Assembly: GCA_039803205.1 (NCBI GenBank)
Contig: JBDRYB010000002.1
Coordinates: 56,880-120,879 of the forward strand
DNA from: a candidate division WOR-3 bacterium
GTDB lineage: Bacteria > Hydrothermota > Hydrothermia > JBDRYB01
Reading direction: 5' to 3'
Length of the DNA stretch: 64,000 nucleotides
Position 1 is the first letter of the stretch. The number at the start of each line of letters is the position of its first letter. Positions 1-10,490 of this stretch are shown here, piece after piece. Position numbers and translations under genes: made by a program. The notes under the pieces are model-generated. The model searched no databases. It was not told where the DNA came from and was given only the letters and a program-made list of their open reading frames with translations.

Positions 1-927
1 GATGAGAGCGAGAACATCGTGGTGGCCGAATGGGGTGAAAAACCCAGGTTCTCATTCAAGCCAGCCGCTCACTGGGACCTTGGCCCTGCGCTCGGCATAA
101 TGGACTTTGAGGCTGCGGCGAGGCTATCCGGCTCCCGTTTCGTCCTCTTCAGGGGCGTGGGTTCAAGGCTCGTCAGGGCCCTCATGAATTTCTTCCTTGA
201 TGTCAACACAACCGAATACGGGTATACCGAGATATGGCCCCCTGCGCTCGTCAGGTCAGAAGCCGCGCTCGGCTCCGGCCACCTCCCGAAGTTCCGGGAG
301 GAGATGTATTACACGGGGGACGAGGATGGGCTTTACCTCATTCCCACAGCAGAACTCCCCCTCGCTAACCTTCACATGGGCCAAACCCTCCGGGAGGAGC
401 AATTGCCCTTAAAATACACGGCTTATTCTCCCTGTTTCCGGCGTGAGGCCGGCAGCTACGGGAAGGATGTGAGGGGGATGATAAGGGTTCACCAGTTTGA
501 CAAGGTTGAGCTCTTCAGGTATGTTTTGCCTGAGAATTCTTTCCAGGCCCTGGAGGAGATGCGGGCAGAGGCCGAGGGGCTTCTTCAGAGGCTATGCCTA
601 CCGTATAGGGTTGTTGAGCTATGCACGGGGGACCTGGGTTTCGCTTCTGCCAAGACATACGACCTTGAGGTTTGGGCGCCCGGGATTGAGAGGTGGCTTG
701 AGGTCTCATCAATAAGCAACACAACGGATTTCCAGGCGAGAAGGTCTGGAACGAGGCTACGGAGAAAGGACGGGACCATGAGCTGGCCCCATACCCTGAA
801 CGGCTCAGGCCTTGCCTTCGCGAGAGTGATAGTTGCCATTCTTGAGAACTATCAGCTTGAGGGGGGCCTGGTCAGGGTTCCTGACGCGCTAGTGCCCTAC
901 ATGGGAACCGATGTGATAGGGCCGTGA
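1..927 (+). CDS. serS: Seryl-tRNA synthetase, C-terminal catalytic part (5' end lies outside the window)
   Basis: Frame open from base 1; class II aaRS motifs CFRREAGSYGKDVRGMIRVHQFDKVE, EVSSISNTTDFQARR, HTLNGSGLA. Confidence 0.97.
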   Translation, partial: DESENIVVAEWGEKPRFSFKPAAHWDLGPALGIMDFEAAARLSGSRFVLFRGVGSRLVRALMNFFLDVNTTEYGYTEIWPPALVRSEAALGSGHLPKFREEMYYTGDEDGLYLIPTAELPLANLHMGQTLREEQLPLKYTAYSPCFRREAGSYGKDVRGMIRVHQFDKVELFRYVLPENSFQALEEMRAEAEGLLQRLCLPYRVVELCTGDLGFASAKTYDLEVWAPGIERWLEVSSISNTTDFQARRSGTRLRRKDGTMSWPHTLNGSGLAFARVIVAILENYQLEGGLVRVPDALVPYMGTDVIGP

Positions 928-1906
928 TGAGGACAAAAAAGATAATAATCCTTTTTTCGTTTTTCTCGGAATCCTGTGCTTTGGTATTGTAGGATACATG
1001 ATCATAGAGGGCTGGGGGTTTCTTGATTCACTCTATCAAACTGTGATAACCATTTCAGCGGTTGGCTTTGAGGTTTATCCGCTTTCGGACGCCGGGAGGA
1101 TATTTACCATAGTGTTATTGATATTGGCGATAAGCTTCGTTGCTTATTCGGCGAGTCAATTTGTGAGCTTTATCGTGGAGGGGAGACTAAATGAGTTCTT
1201 CAGCAAAAGAAGGATGAAAAAGCTTCTGAGTGAGCTTAGGGATCACTTTATAGTTTGTGGCTACGGGAGAATGGGCGCGCTGGTCGCGAACAACTTGCGC
1301 TCAGAGGGCCAGTCCCTGGTGGTAATTGACGATGACCCCGAAATGGTTAGAAAGGCAACAGAAGAAGGATTCCTGGCCATAGAGGGGGATGCTACCCAGG
1401 AAGAGGTTCTCAAGCGCGCTGGAATAGAAAGGGCAAAAGCCGTTGCCGCGGTTCTCCGAGACGAACCGCAAAACCTCTATCTTACCATAACAGCTAAGGC
1501 CTTAAATCCCTCTGCTAGGGTAGTTGCCAAAGCCCTTACCGAGGAAGGAAAAGCCAGGCTTGAGAAGGTTGGAGCGGACACAGTTATCCTCATTTATAAC
1601 ATAGGAGGAGACAGGTTGTCTTTAGCGTTACTAAGACCGGAGGATCTTGATTTTGTGTATATTGCTCACGGGGCAGGTAAGCACATCGTAATAGGCGAGA
1701 CAAGGCTTCCTCCAAATTGTAGGATCCTCGGGAAAACGGTTGGGAAGGCAGGACTGAAAGAGCAGTATGGAATAGACCTCCTTCTCATCAAGCGGGAAAA
1801 CAATATAATCCTTCCGGGCCCTTCTGACACCCTTGCAGAAGGAGATGTGCTTTTTTTGATGGGCGAAAGAGAGCAGGTTATGAGGTTCTTAAGGGATAGG
1901 CTCTAA
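927..1906 (+). CDS. MthK-like 2-TM channel with TrkA-N/TrkA-C (RCK) domains; 5' end frameshifted, possibly a pseudogene
   Basis: EGWGFLDSLYQTVITISAVGF pore helix; HFIVCGYGRMG Rossmann motif; GDATQEEVLKRAGIERA. The ATG at 927 is out of frame with ORF 998-1906, while TM1 residues continue upstream of 998. Confidence 0.85.
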
Positions 1907-2517
1907 CAACCCAGTTTCACCTCCACTATCTCCCCTCTCGGCTCTGTCTCCTGGAATATCTGGCCAGTGAATCGGAAAACCTTGCAATCAGGGTGCATCC
2001 ATGTGTCCCGGGGCATCCCAGCCTTCATGCATGTATAACCCAGAAACTCATCAATCCCCCAGCCGTTCTCAACCGGAACCTGCGGTAGCAAGAGTCCAGC
2101 CCTCCCTGTTATGTATCTCACGAGAAGGCCGTGGACCCCTATCTTTATCCCGTTTCTTATCTCATCTGGGGTATTGCCCGGAACGGGCTCAGGGGGGCTG
2201 AGCACCGTTAGTTCAACCACGAGGCTGTCCATTTCATCTTTTGAAACCGGGGTGAAACGGGGATCTTTGAAGGCCGCGGCAAGGGCCGCGTTCAGGACAG
2301 CGTCCAACAGGGGTAGAGATGGCTCAGGAAAACCTATACAGCCCCTCAGATTGTGATCCGGATGGGTTTTTAGGGTAACGAAAACCCCCCTCGGCTCCTT
2401 GAAGGCCAGCGGGAACCCCCCCTCCGGACCAAGAGCCTCACCTGAGAGCCTGGATTCTATTGCCTTTCTCGCAAGGCGAACCAAAATTTGGCCTTCCTCG
2501 GCCGAAAGGGAGTTCAT
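1903..2517 (-). CDS. AMMECR1-domain protein (AmmeMemoRadiSam protein A-like)
   Basis: RGVFVTL...LRGCIG, DPRF, GLLLPQV, CMKAG signature motifs. Confidence 0.93.
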   Translation of the reverse strand: MNSLSAEEGQILVRLARKAIESRLSGEALGPEGGFPLAFKEPRGVFVTLKTHPDHNLRGCIGFPEPSLPLLDAVLNAALAAAFKDPRFTPVSKDEMDSLVVELTVLSPPEPVPGNTPDEIRNGIKIGVHGLLVRYITGRAGLLLPQVPVENGWGIDEFLGYTCMKAGMPRDTWMHPDCKVFRFTGQIFQETEPRGEIVEVKLGC

Positions 2518-2543
2518 GTCGCCCTCCTGGAACCTGGGATCCC

Positions 2544-3782
2544 TTATTTAGGCTTTACTTCCTTCCCTGTTCTTATCGGGGTTTCTGTTTGGGGGGTCTC
2601 TGCCTCAGGGGTCTCGGTGGCCTTAGCTGCGCTCTTGTATGGGGAGAGTATGAACTTCTTGTAGAAGGAGAACTTGGCCCCCTCCATCTTCACGACTACC
2701 GTTGCTTTTGCGGAGGGCTCATACTGCTTTCCGAACTCTATCTTGCCGGTTGAGCCCTCATATGCAACGAACTGCATTTGGTCCCTGAGCCCTTCCCTTG
2801 TTATGCTCTGTGCCTTGGATAAGACATTATAGAGGACCATGTAAGCATCGTAACCGAGAGCGCTAAAGGATGAGGGGCTCTCAGAGTATCTGGCCGTGTA
2901 TCTCTCCACAAACGGCTTTATGCTGGGATCATCTGGAGAGAAATGCGTCACGAAGTAGCATGCTCCGGGAACATCACCAACCAGAGCAGGGAGTTTCCTT
3001 GAGTCCCAGCCATCGCCGCCTATTATCGCCCCCTTGTAGCCAGCCTTTCTGAGAGCAACGATCGCCCGTGCCGCGTCCTCGTAATAGAGGGGCAGGAATA
3101 TACCCGTTTTCTCCTGGGGAGCCTTGAAGGACTTGAGAATATCCTTGACGGTGTTCTCATCGCATATGGGTTCCCCTGGCTTGCGTATAACGGTCTTGGT
3201 TATCTTTATGCCAGCATCACCGGCAAACCCGCTGAAGTTGGAGGCAAGCTCCTCGCTGTATGGGTTGCCGTCAAGCTCGACTATGGCTACTTCTTCAAGT
3301 CCAAGGCCCTCAGGGCCAGCCAGGTGAGCCGCGGCCTGGCCTATGTGCTTGTTTGAGGCGCAGACGCGCCAGAGATAGTTGCTTCCCTCAATTACATTGT
3401 TGTATGTGGCCGAAGGTGTCAGGGTGGGGAGGGACATGGCGTTCACCGTTGCCTTTATGGCCAGGGCATCCGTACTGGTCACGGGGCCTATCACAGCAAC
3501 CACGCCCTCTGCTTCCAGCTCCTTGAGTATAGCCTCAAGTTTGGAAGGATCGCCAGCATAGTCCTTCTCTATGATCTTTATGGTAGCGCCCTGGACCTTG
3601 TCTCCGGTCTCAGCTAGGCCCATATATACGCCGTTCAGTATGTCCCTGGCGTAGCCGGAGAGCTCCCCTGATGCGCTCAGCGGGAGAAGGACTCCTATCT
3701 TCACCTCCTTGGGCTTCTGTGGGCAACCTATGCTCATGAGGCCCAGAACTCCCAACGCGGATATTCCTATCCTCTTCAACAT
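2544..3782 (-). CDS. Branched-chain amino acid ABC transporter substrate-binding lipoprotein (LivK/PBP1-like)
   Basis: KIGVLLPLS, AVIGPVTS, IIGGDGWDS, SALGYDA; lipobox-like SIGC; GGAGG SD before ATG 3782. Confidence 0.88.
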   Translation of the reverse strand: MLKRIGISALGVLGLMSIGCPQKPKEVKIGVLLPLSASGELSGYARDILNGVYMGLAETGDKVQGATIKIIEKDYAGDPSKLEAILKELEAEGVVAVIGPVTSTDALAIKATVNAMSLPTLTPSATYNNVIEGSNYLWRVCASNKHIGQAAAHLAGPEGLGLEEVAIVELDGNPYSEELASNFSGFAGDAGIKITKTVIRKPGEPICDENTVKDILKSFKAPQEKTGIFLPLYYEDAARAIVALRKAGYKGAIIGGDGWDSRKLPALVGDVPGACYFVTHFSPDDPSIKPFVERYTARYSESPSSFSALGYDAYMVLYNVLSKAQSITREGLRDQMQFVAYEGSTGKIEFGKQYEPSAKATVVVKMEGAKFSFYKKFILSPYKSAAKATETPEAETPQTETPIRTGKEVKPK

Positions 3783-3899
3783 GTTAAAACCTCCTCGTTT
3801 TTGGTTAAGGGGCAAATTATAGGGGCCTCATTCAAGGGGTTTCAAGATCATTGGCTAAGGAAGGGTATCCCATTAGGGACCGATTCCGGAAGATTTTCG

Positions 3900-6248
3900 C
3901 TACTTGAACCACTCCTTCTTTTTCTTCTCCAGCTCCTCCTTGGCCTTTTTCTTCTGTTTCTCTGCCTCCTCTTGTGCTTTCTTCTTAGCTTTCTCGGCCT
4001 CTTCCTGGGCCTTCTTCTTTGCCTTCTCAGCTTCCTCCATTACCTTTTCCTTGCCCTTCTCCAGCTCTTTGCCCACCTCTTCCTCTATCTGCTTTCCTAC
4101 ATCTGTCCCGGTTATCTTTATCTCAGGGGAATCCATTGTCCCGCCCAGCTCAAAGTAAAATGTCGCGGCCTGCATGTTCGGAATTATGAGGTTTGAAAGC
4201 CGTGGCGAAAGCGCTTTAACCTTTGTCAGATCCACATCCAGGCTCAGATCAAGGTCAAGCTCCTTCTGGAAAGAGGCCCTGCCAACGAAAGCAAGCCCTA
4301 CATCTTCGGATGAGAATGTGAGCCTCCTGCAACTGACCCATCCGTCTTTGACCATGAAACCCGTCTCGCAAGAGCTGTAGGCGTATGAACCGAGTGAGGC
4401 TATGCCTGTAAAATCCGCCAGTTGTCTCATCAGGGCTGAACCCTGAACCCTGCCTCCGGATGACCAAACCCTTCCCTCAAGTGTTATGGTGGCCAGAGGG
4501 TCCGCGACCCGGAATTCTCCGGAGACCGAAAAAGAAGCCCTACCGGAGAGCTTAGCACCAAGAGGATCGTGCTTCTTGGAGAACTCGGATAGGTCAAATC
4601 CGGAAAGCGTTATATCCATCCTGACAAGCTGGGGCCTCGCGTGGGATATGCTGGCTCTGCCTGAGAGAGTCCCCCCGTAGAGGGAGGCCCTGAGGCCCTC
4701 GCCATACAGCCCATTTTCGTCAGAGAGAACGCTCACTTGGAGGTTCCGGATCTCCTCGCCCCTTAGCCCTACCCAGTCCGCGTGAAACTCAAGCCTGCCC
4801 CTGGGGATGATGTCCGGGGTAAAGTCCCCCGCGCCGCCTGTTCCGCCTTTTGGCAGGAGCGCGTCAAGGTCAATCCTCTGCGCCCTCACGGAGAAATATC
4901 CCTCCTTCCGGATGGGATAAGCGATGCCTGATGCGGAGAGGGAAAGGTAGGAGGAGGAGACGCTGAGATGGTTGAGCTTGGTAGAATCAGGGGTGTAGAT
5001 GATCTCTGCTTCCGCGAGGTCGATCTCCTCAGGGAGGCCCTTTGTCCTAAAGTTCTTGAGGGTAGCCGATGCCTTCACCGATGGATTTTCCGGAGTCCCG
5101 GAGGCCCTGAATGTGAACTCAGCCCTGCCGCTCACCTCCGGGAGAAAGTCCTCAAACCAGAGCGAGGCCTGACCGTTTATGAAATAGGCTATTCTGGGCA
5201 TGAAGATTACGGTCCCTTCAAGGGAGCCCTTTGTCCTGCCGGATGAAGCGGCAACATCCAGGTTGACCCTATCCCCAGCAAGACCAAGCCTAAGCCTGTA
5301 GAAATTCACTGGCTCAGGGGCCGCATCTGTTTTCACGGAAAGCCCGGAGGCATCAAGAGAACCCCAAGCCCCCGCGAGCTTCACCGAGGTATCCTTTTTC
5401 GCTAGCTCAACCCGGAGGCTGTCTATCTTTATCTCGCCTTTCAGAGACACCTGGCCGGATAATCCACCCATGTCAAGGGACTGAGCGGGGAGAATGAGGG
5501 TATAGGATGAGGAATCACCGGAAAGCCCCCTCGCAGAGAGCATAAATACGGCCCCCATTTTGTCAACCGAAACCCTTGATTCTCCTAGGGAAAGCGAGTC
5601 TCCGCCCTGATCGTAAAAACCAGAGACCTTCCACGCAAGGGGCTTGTTGACCAGGCCTGGCGCGAGAACGAGGCCAATTGCCTTGCCCTCTGATCTCAGC
5701 CTCACCTCGGTTTTCTTTGAAACCGAGGCTGAGAGGGACATGTTTATCTCAGAGAGGGCGAGGGTTGTCTCCCTTTCGGCTGATAGCAGGGTAAGTGAGC
5801 CGTTCTTGACCCTGAGGCCGCCCATCTCAAGGGCAAAGGGCAGTTCCTGCTCCTTTTCGGGTTTCCTGGAGGGCTTTGATGGCCCAGATATGAGGGTTAT
5901 CTCAGGGTTTTCAATATCTATCCCGGCAAAGGAAACCTGGCCCCAGAACAGGGGCAGGATTTTTACATTCAGGCGGGCCCTTTTTACCTTTGCCAGAGGC
6001 GGATCCCCCTCTCTTTCTCCAGCGATGAAAACGCTGTCTATATTAACGCCTATTCCCGTAAGACCTATGCCCAGGCTTGCCTTACCTATCTCAACCTTCC
6101 TGTTCAGCTCACGAGAGGCCCTCGCGGAGACCGCACGCGCGACGGTTGTGGGGTTCACGATGGCCCTGAGATAGAAGAAGCCTCCAACCAGAAGCATGAT
6201 AACCGCGCCAGCGATAACGCATATGGTTATAAGCCATTTCCTCTTCAT
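3900..6248 (-). CDS. AsmA family protein
   Basis: N-terminal TM anchor, LPLFWGQV, LDLDALLP, LYGGTLSG, GGTMDSPEI; charged repeat tail. Confidence 0.8.
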   Translation of the reverse strand: MKRKWLITICVIAGAVIMLLVGGFFYLRAIVNPTTVARAVSARASRELNRKVEIGKASLGIGLTGIGVNIDSVFIAGEREGDPPLAKVKRARLNVKILPLFWGQVSFAGIDIENPEITLISGPSKPSRKPEKEQELPFALEMGGLRVKNGSLTLLSAERETTLALSEINMSLSASVSKKTEVRLRSEGKAIGLVLAPGLVNKPLAWKVSGFYDQGGDSLSLGESRVSVDKMGAVFMLSARGLSGDSSSYTLILPAQSLDMGGLSGQVSLKGEIKIDSLRVELAKKDTSVKLAGAWGSLDASGLSVKTDAAPEPVNFYRLRLGLAGDRVNLDVAASSGRTKGSLEGTVIFMPRIAYFINGQASLWFEDFLPEVSGRAEFTFRASGTPENPSVKASATLKNFRTKGLPEEIDLAEAEIIYTPDSTKLNHLSVSSSYLSLSASGIAYPIRKEGYFSVRAQRIDLDALLPKGGTGGAGDFTPDIIPRGRLEFHADWVGLRGEEIRNLQVSVLSDENGLYGEGLRASLYGGTLSGRASISHARPQLVRMDITLSGFDLSEFSKKHDPLGAKLSGRASFSVSGEFRVADPLATITLEGRVWSSGGRVQGSALMRQLADFTGIASLGSYAYSSCETGFMVKDGWVSCRRLTFSSEDVGLAFVGRASFQKELDLDLSLDVDLTKVKALSPRLSNLIIPNMQAATFYFELGGTMDSPEIKITGTDVGKQIEEEVGKELEKGKEKVMEEAEKAKKKAQEEAEKAKKKAQEEAEKQKKKAKEELEKKKKEWFK

Positions 6249-6323
6249 AGTGCTAGATTATAAAACAGGGTCAGGCTTCCGCGCCTGTTCTGGTTAGACC
6301 TGGACTATCGCGCTCCGGTTAGC

Positions 6324-7820
6324 CTACCTTATCAGCTTCACCGTCCTCGTTCCTCCTTGATACCTCAGGACGGCCAGGTGGACGCCCCTTATCCCTGTTT
6401 TTGGGATAAATGTGTGGGTTCCGGGAGCCAGGAGGCCATCATAAAGATTCTGGATCAGACGGCCCCCCGCGTCGTAAAGCGAGAGGGAGACCCATGCCTC
6501 CGCGGGCAAAAAGAGGGATACGCCTCGTCCCCATGGGCGGAACTCAATTGCGTTCAGGCCCCCATTTTCTCCTGCGCCCAGAGCCCCACAGCCCGTTGCA
6601 TTGATAGGGTCATCAAGCGCATAGAGGTAATAGTCCGCTGTCCCTACTATCACCTCTATACAGCCATCGCCGTCTATGTCCCCAGGGAACGGAGAATGAA
6701 CATCCCAGCCAACAGCCCTTTTCCAGCAGAGGGTGCCGTTTTCGGCGTTGAAGCAGTAAAGCGTGTCAGGCCCCATCTCCACATTCGGGACCATGACCTC
6801 AAGCCTGTCATCCCCGTCAACATCCGCGAGGGAAACCGCGGTGTGGAGCCATACTCCACTGGTAGGGGAAGCCCATTCTGCCGCGCCGGATGAACCATCC
6901 AGACAATACATGTTCATGTCATAACTGCCTATGAAGACCTCAAGCTGGCCGTCTTCATCCGCATCCGCTATCGCGGGGGATGATACCACGACATTCCCTG
7001 TTACAAAGAGCCATTCCTGCGCGCCAGTTGCACCATCAACGCAATAGACATTGTAATCGGTTGAACCAAAGACAGCCTCAAGAACGCCATCGCCGTCAAG
7101 GTCTGCGACCGCTGGGGATGATATTACGGTGTTGCCCGTGAGAAACGACCACTCCAGCGCGCCAGTTGCACCATCAACGCAATAGACCCTATAGTCCTTT
7201 GAGCCGAAAACAACCTCCATGTCTCCGTCCGCATCAAGATCCGCGACCGCAGGGGCACAGACTACATCTCCGCCGGTGAGAAAGCTCCATTTCTGGCCAC
7301 CTGAGCCATTAAGGCAGTAGAGCCTGTCATCAGAGGAACCGAAAACGATCTCAGGCAAACCATCGCCGTCAAGATCCGATATTGTAGGATGGGAATCAAC
7401 ATAATTTCCGGTGGTGAAAGACCATTCCAACGCGCCATTTGAGCCAGTAAGGCAATAGAATTTGTAATCATCAGAACCGAAGACAACCTCCAAGGAGCCA
7501 TCACCGTCAACATCCGCGACAGCAGGGGACGAGTATATCCTGTTGCCGGTCGGGAAGCTCCATTTCTGAGCGCCTATCGCGCCGTTCAGGCAATACATCT
7601 TGTAGTCGCAGCTCCCGAAAACGATCTCGGTCAGGCCATCACCATCAACATCAACTATGGCGGAGTTCTGCCACTCCACATAATGCCCCGTCAGAAAGCT
7701 CCATTTTACAACAGGCGCTGTTGTCATGGCGCCTTTCATGTTTTGCACGGAGCTGTGTTCGGGGTCAGCGCCCCACATGGGCCATGTCCCATAGACAGAA
7801 AAAAGCAGACAAATGAACAT
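6324..7820 (-). CDS. Secreted PQQ/FG-GAP beta-propeller repeat protein with T9SS-like C-terminal domain
   Basis: Repeats SSPAVADxDGDGxLEVVFGSxDxxxYCL..G..W; C-terminus LYDAGGRLIQNLY...GVHLAVL...KLIR. Confidence 0.85.
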   Translation of the reverse strand: MFICLLFSVYGTWPMWGADPEHSSVQNMKGAMTTAPVVKWSFLTGHYVEWQNSAIVDVDGDGLTEIVFGSCDYKMYCLNGAIGAQKWSFPTGNRIYSSPAVADVDGDGSLEVVFGSDDYKFYCLTGSNGALEWSFTTGNYVDSHPTISDLDGDGLPEIVFGSSDDRLYCLNGSGGQKWSFLTGGDVVCAPAVADLDADGDMEVVFGSKDYRVYCVDGATGALEWSFLTGNTVISSPAVADLDGDGVLEAVFGSTDYNVYCVDGATGAQEWLFVTGNVVVSSPAIADADEDGQLEVFIGSYDMNMYCLDGSSGAAEWASPTSGVWLHTAVSLADVDGDDRLEVMVPNVEMGPDTLYCFNAENGTLCWKRAVGWDVHSPFPGDIDGDGCIEVIVGTADYYLYALDDPINATGCGALGAGENGGLNAIEFRPWGRGVSLFLPAEAWVSLSLYDAGGRLIQNLYDGLLAPGTHTFIPKTGIRGVHLAVLRYQGGTRTVKLIR

Positions 7821-7832
7821 CTCTAAAGCCTC

Positions 7833-9323
7833 TTATCTTACCATCTTTATCCTCTTAATTCCCCCCGGATATCTCAGAACCGCCAGATAGACGCCCCTTC
7901 CTTCCGGTTTCGGAATAAAGGTATGCGCGCCAGCCGAGACTATGCCCTCGTAAAGGTTCTGAACGAGCCGGCCCCCAGCGTCATAGAGGGATAATGAAAC
8001 CTGGGTTTGGATCGGCGCAAAGAGGTAAAGCCCCCTGCCCATGGGCCTTAACTGAAAACCCCCCAGCCCAATCTCGTCCAGGCCGAGCTCAGAGCAGGTA
8101 GTATCTCCGGGGTCATCCAGGGCGTGAAGCCGGTAAAGCGCCATTGAATATATGCCAACCGTTATCTCGGAACAGCCATCGTTGTCAATGTCGCCTACCG
8201 ATGGGTCCCGAAGCCGGGTGCCAGTGAGGGTCTTTGCCCAAAGCTGAGACCCAGATTCCGCGTTAAGGCAGTATAGGGTGTTGGAAAGAGGCGCGACCAG
8301 GACCTCAAGGAGGCCGTCGCCATCAAGGTCAGCTATGGCTGGGTCAGCTCGGATAGCCGCGTTCGCGGCGAAGGACCACTTTTGCGCGCCCGTAGCGCCG
8401 TTGATGCAATATAGCTTGAGGTCATAACTGCCGACCAGCACATCAAGAACCCCATCTCCGTCGCAATCCGCTATTGCCGGGGAAGAGAATACATCCCCTC
8501 CGGTCGGAAAGGCCCACTTTTGTGTCCCTGATGACGAAACGCAGTAAAGGGTATCATCCCGAGAGCCGATGACCGTTTCCTGCTGGCCATCGTCATCAAG
8601 GTCTGCGACCGCTGGGGATGAACGAATCGTGTCCCCGGTGTTGAAGGCCCACATTTGGATTCCTGTGCCAGAAACGCAATAAAGATAGCCATCATAACTG
8701 CCAACCAGTATCTCCAACGAGCCATCCCCATCAAGATCAGCAACAGCAGGGGAAGATTCTATGCCTCCGCTGGTTGGAAAAACCCATTCCCTGATGCCTG
8801 GCGAGGAGATGCAATAGAGGGTATCGTTGTAGCTTCCAAAGATGATCTCAAGAACCCCATCCCCATCGCAATCCGCCACAGCGGCTGAGGAACGAATCAG
8901 GGTATCAGTTGTGAAGAAGGCCCACTCCTGGGTTCCCGCATCAGATATGCAATATAGATTCCCATCATAGTTCCCGGCGAGAACCTCAAGACCTCCATCG
9001 CCATCAACATCAGCCACAGCGGGTGTTGCCTGAAACCAGTCCCCAGCTGTGAAACGCCATTCCTCCGCGCCGGTTATCCCGTTCAGCGCGGCCAGCCTGG
9101 TTGAGAAATCCCCGGAGAGGACCTCTGGTATCCCGTCACGGTTAACATCGGCTATTGCTGGTGCTCGGATGTCTATATTGCTCCAGACATATGTCCACTT
9201 TACAACAGCGCTGTCGTCCATGTAACCAACCATGGGTTGAAGGTGGGTGTGCTCCCTATCGCCGCCATAGCAAGGCCACTGGCCGTATGGGGCGGCTCCA
9301 AAAAGAACCAAGCTTATCATCAT
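7833..9323 (-). CDS. Paralogous secreted PQQ/FG-GAP repeat protein with T9SS-like C-terminal domain
   Basis: Same repeat and CTD architecture; GGAGG SD. Confidence 0.85.
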   Translation of the reverse strand: MMISLVLFGAAPYGQWPCYGGDREHTHLQPMVGYMDDSAVVKWTYVWSNIDIRAPAIADVNRDGIPEVLSGDFSTRLAALNGITGAEEWRFTAGDWFQATPAVADVDGDGGLEVLAGNYDGNLYCISDAGTQEWAFFTTDTLIRSSAAVADCDGDGVLEIIFGSYNDTLYCISSPGIREWVFPTSGGIESSPAVADLDGDGSLEILVGSYDGYLYCVSGTGIQMWAFNTGDTIRSSPAVADLDDDGQQETVIGSRDDTLYCVSSSGTQKWAFPTGGDVFSSPAIADCDGDGVLDVLVGSYDLKLYCINGATGAQKWSFAANAAIRADPAIADLDGDGLLEVLVAPLSNTLYCLNAESGSQLWAKTLTGTRLRDPSVGDIDNDGCSEITVGIYSMALYRLHALDDPGDTTCSELGLDEIGLGGFQLRPMGRGLYLFAPIQTQVSLSLYDAGGRLVQNLYEGIVSAGAHTFIPKPEGRGVYLAVLRYPGGIKRIKMVR

Positions 9324-9496
9324 ACCAAAACCTCCCTACTCTCAGACTATATTATTATAAAACAAAGTGTTTCTCGGAATGTATCCCATAAGGGGGCTCC
9401 GGTTAAAACAATGCGTCTAGACATGGTTCATATTCTGCGGAAAAAGCTCACAACGAGCTCACAGCCTAGATCTGGTTCCCTGTCCTTTGCTGGGTA

Positions 9497-10387
9497 TCAA
9501 AACATCTTTCGCCTGAATTCCTCTATTCGCTTGTTTGCTAGCTCTAAGTAGCCTTTATCTATCTCATACCCTACATAACGACGCCCAGTGGCTAGGGCCG
9601 CTATGGCTGTCTGGCCAGAGCCCATGAACGGGTCAAGGATGACCTCTCCTTCAAATGTGTAAAGAAGAATGAGCCTCCTCGGCAATTCAACCGGGAATGG
9701 CGCTGGATGGCCAACCTGTTTCGCTGAGGCCGCGGGGAATGTCCAGAGGCTCTTTGTGTATTCTAGGAATTCCTCTCTGGATATATTGCTCTTTTTGCCT
9801 CGGGAAGGCCTGCTGAAGCCCTCCTTTGAGAAAACCAGGATATACTCGTGGACATCACGGAGGATTGGGTTCGCCGCGCTCATCCAGCTCCCCCAAGCAG
9901 TTGATGAACTGGCGCTTTCCGCCTTGTTCCAGATTATCTCCCCGCGCATGAGAAAGCCGATATCCAGCATGTCTTGAATAATGTAAGCGTGCAAAGGGAT
10001 ATATGGCTTCCTGCCAAGGTTGGCAACATTCACACAAGCCCTGCCCCCCGGAACCAGGACTCGGTAAACCTCCTTCCAGACCCTCTTTAGTAATCCGAGA
10101 TACTCGCTGAGGCTGAGATCTTCATCGTATTCCTTGCCAACATTGTAAGGGGGCGAGGTCACCATGAGGTGGACAGAGCGATCCGGCAGCTCGTCCATCT
10201 CCTCTGAGGACTTCAGAAATATCCTGTTGAGGTTCTCAGACGGAATAGGGTTCTCCGCGTATCTGACCCCTTTCTCAGCTGGGAGGCCCTCGTATAGCTT
10301 GCTGGCGTAAAACCTCGATGAATCATGCCCTATCCTTCCGGGGGAACCGAAGGGGCTGGTTCTAGTGGACTTCCTTTTCTTGGCCAG
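9497..10387 (-). CDS. Site-specific DNA methyltransferase (N4/N6 family, beta motif order), orphan
   Basis: VTSPPY (motif IV) precedes HPAPFP and ILDPFMGSG (motif I); start uncertain, see findings. Confidence 0.92.
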   Translation of the reverse strand: MAKKRKSTRTSPFGSPGRIGHDSSRFYASKLYEGLPAEKGVRYAENPIPSENLNRIFLKSSEEMDELPDRSVHLMVTSPPYNVGKEYDEDLSLSEYLGLLKRVWKEVYRVLVPGGRACVNVANLGRKPYIPLHAYIIQDMLDIGFLMRGEIIWNKAESASSSTAWGSWMSAANPILRDVHEYILVFSKEGFSRPSRGKKSNISREEFLEYTKSLWTFPAASAKQVGHPAPFPVELPRRLILLYTFEGEVILDPFMGSGQTAIAALATGRRYVGYEIDKGYLELANKRIEEFRRKMF

Positions 10388-10490
10388 ATAAAGATTATAT
10401 CTCCTCCAGGGGAGCAGATTCAATCGCGCAACCAAAGGGCAAAGCCAGGCCTGAGTGCAAAAATTCGTTGCCGCCCGATATAATTTCCCC

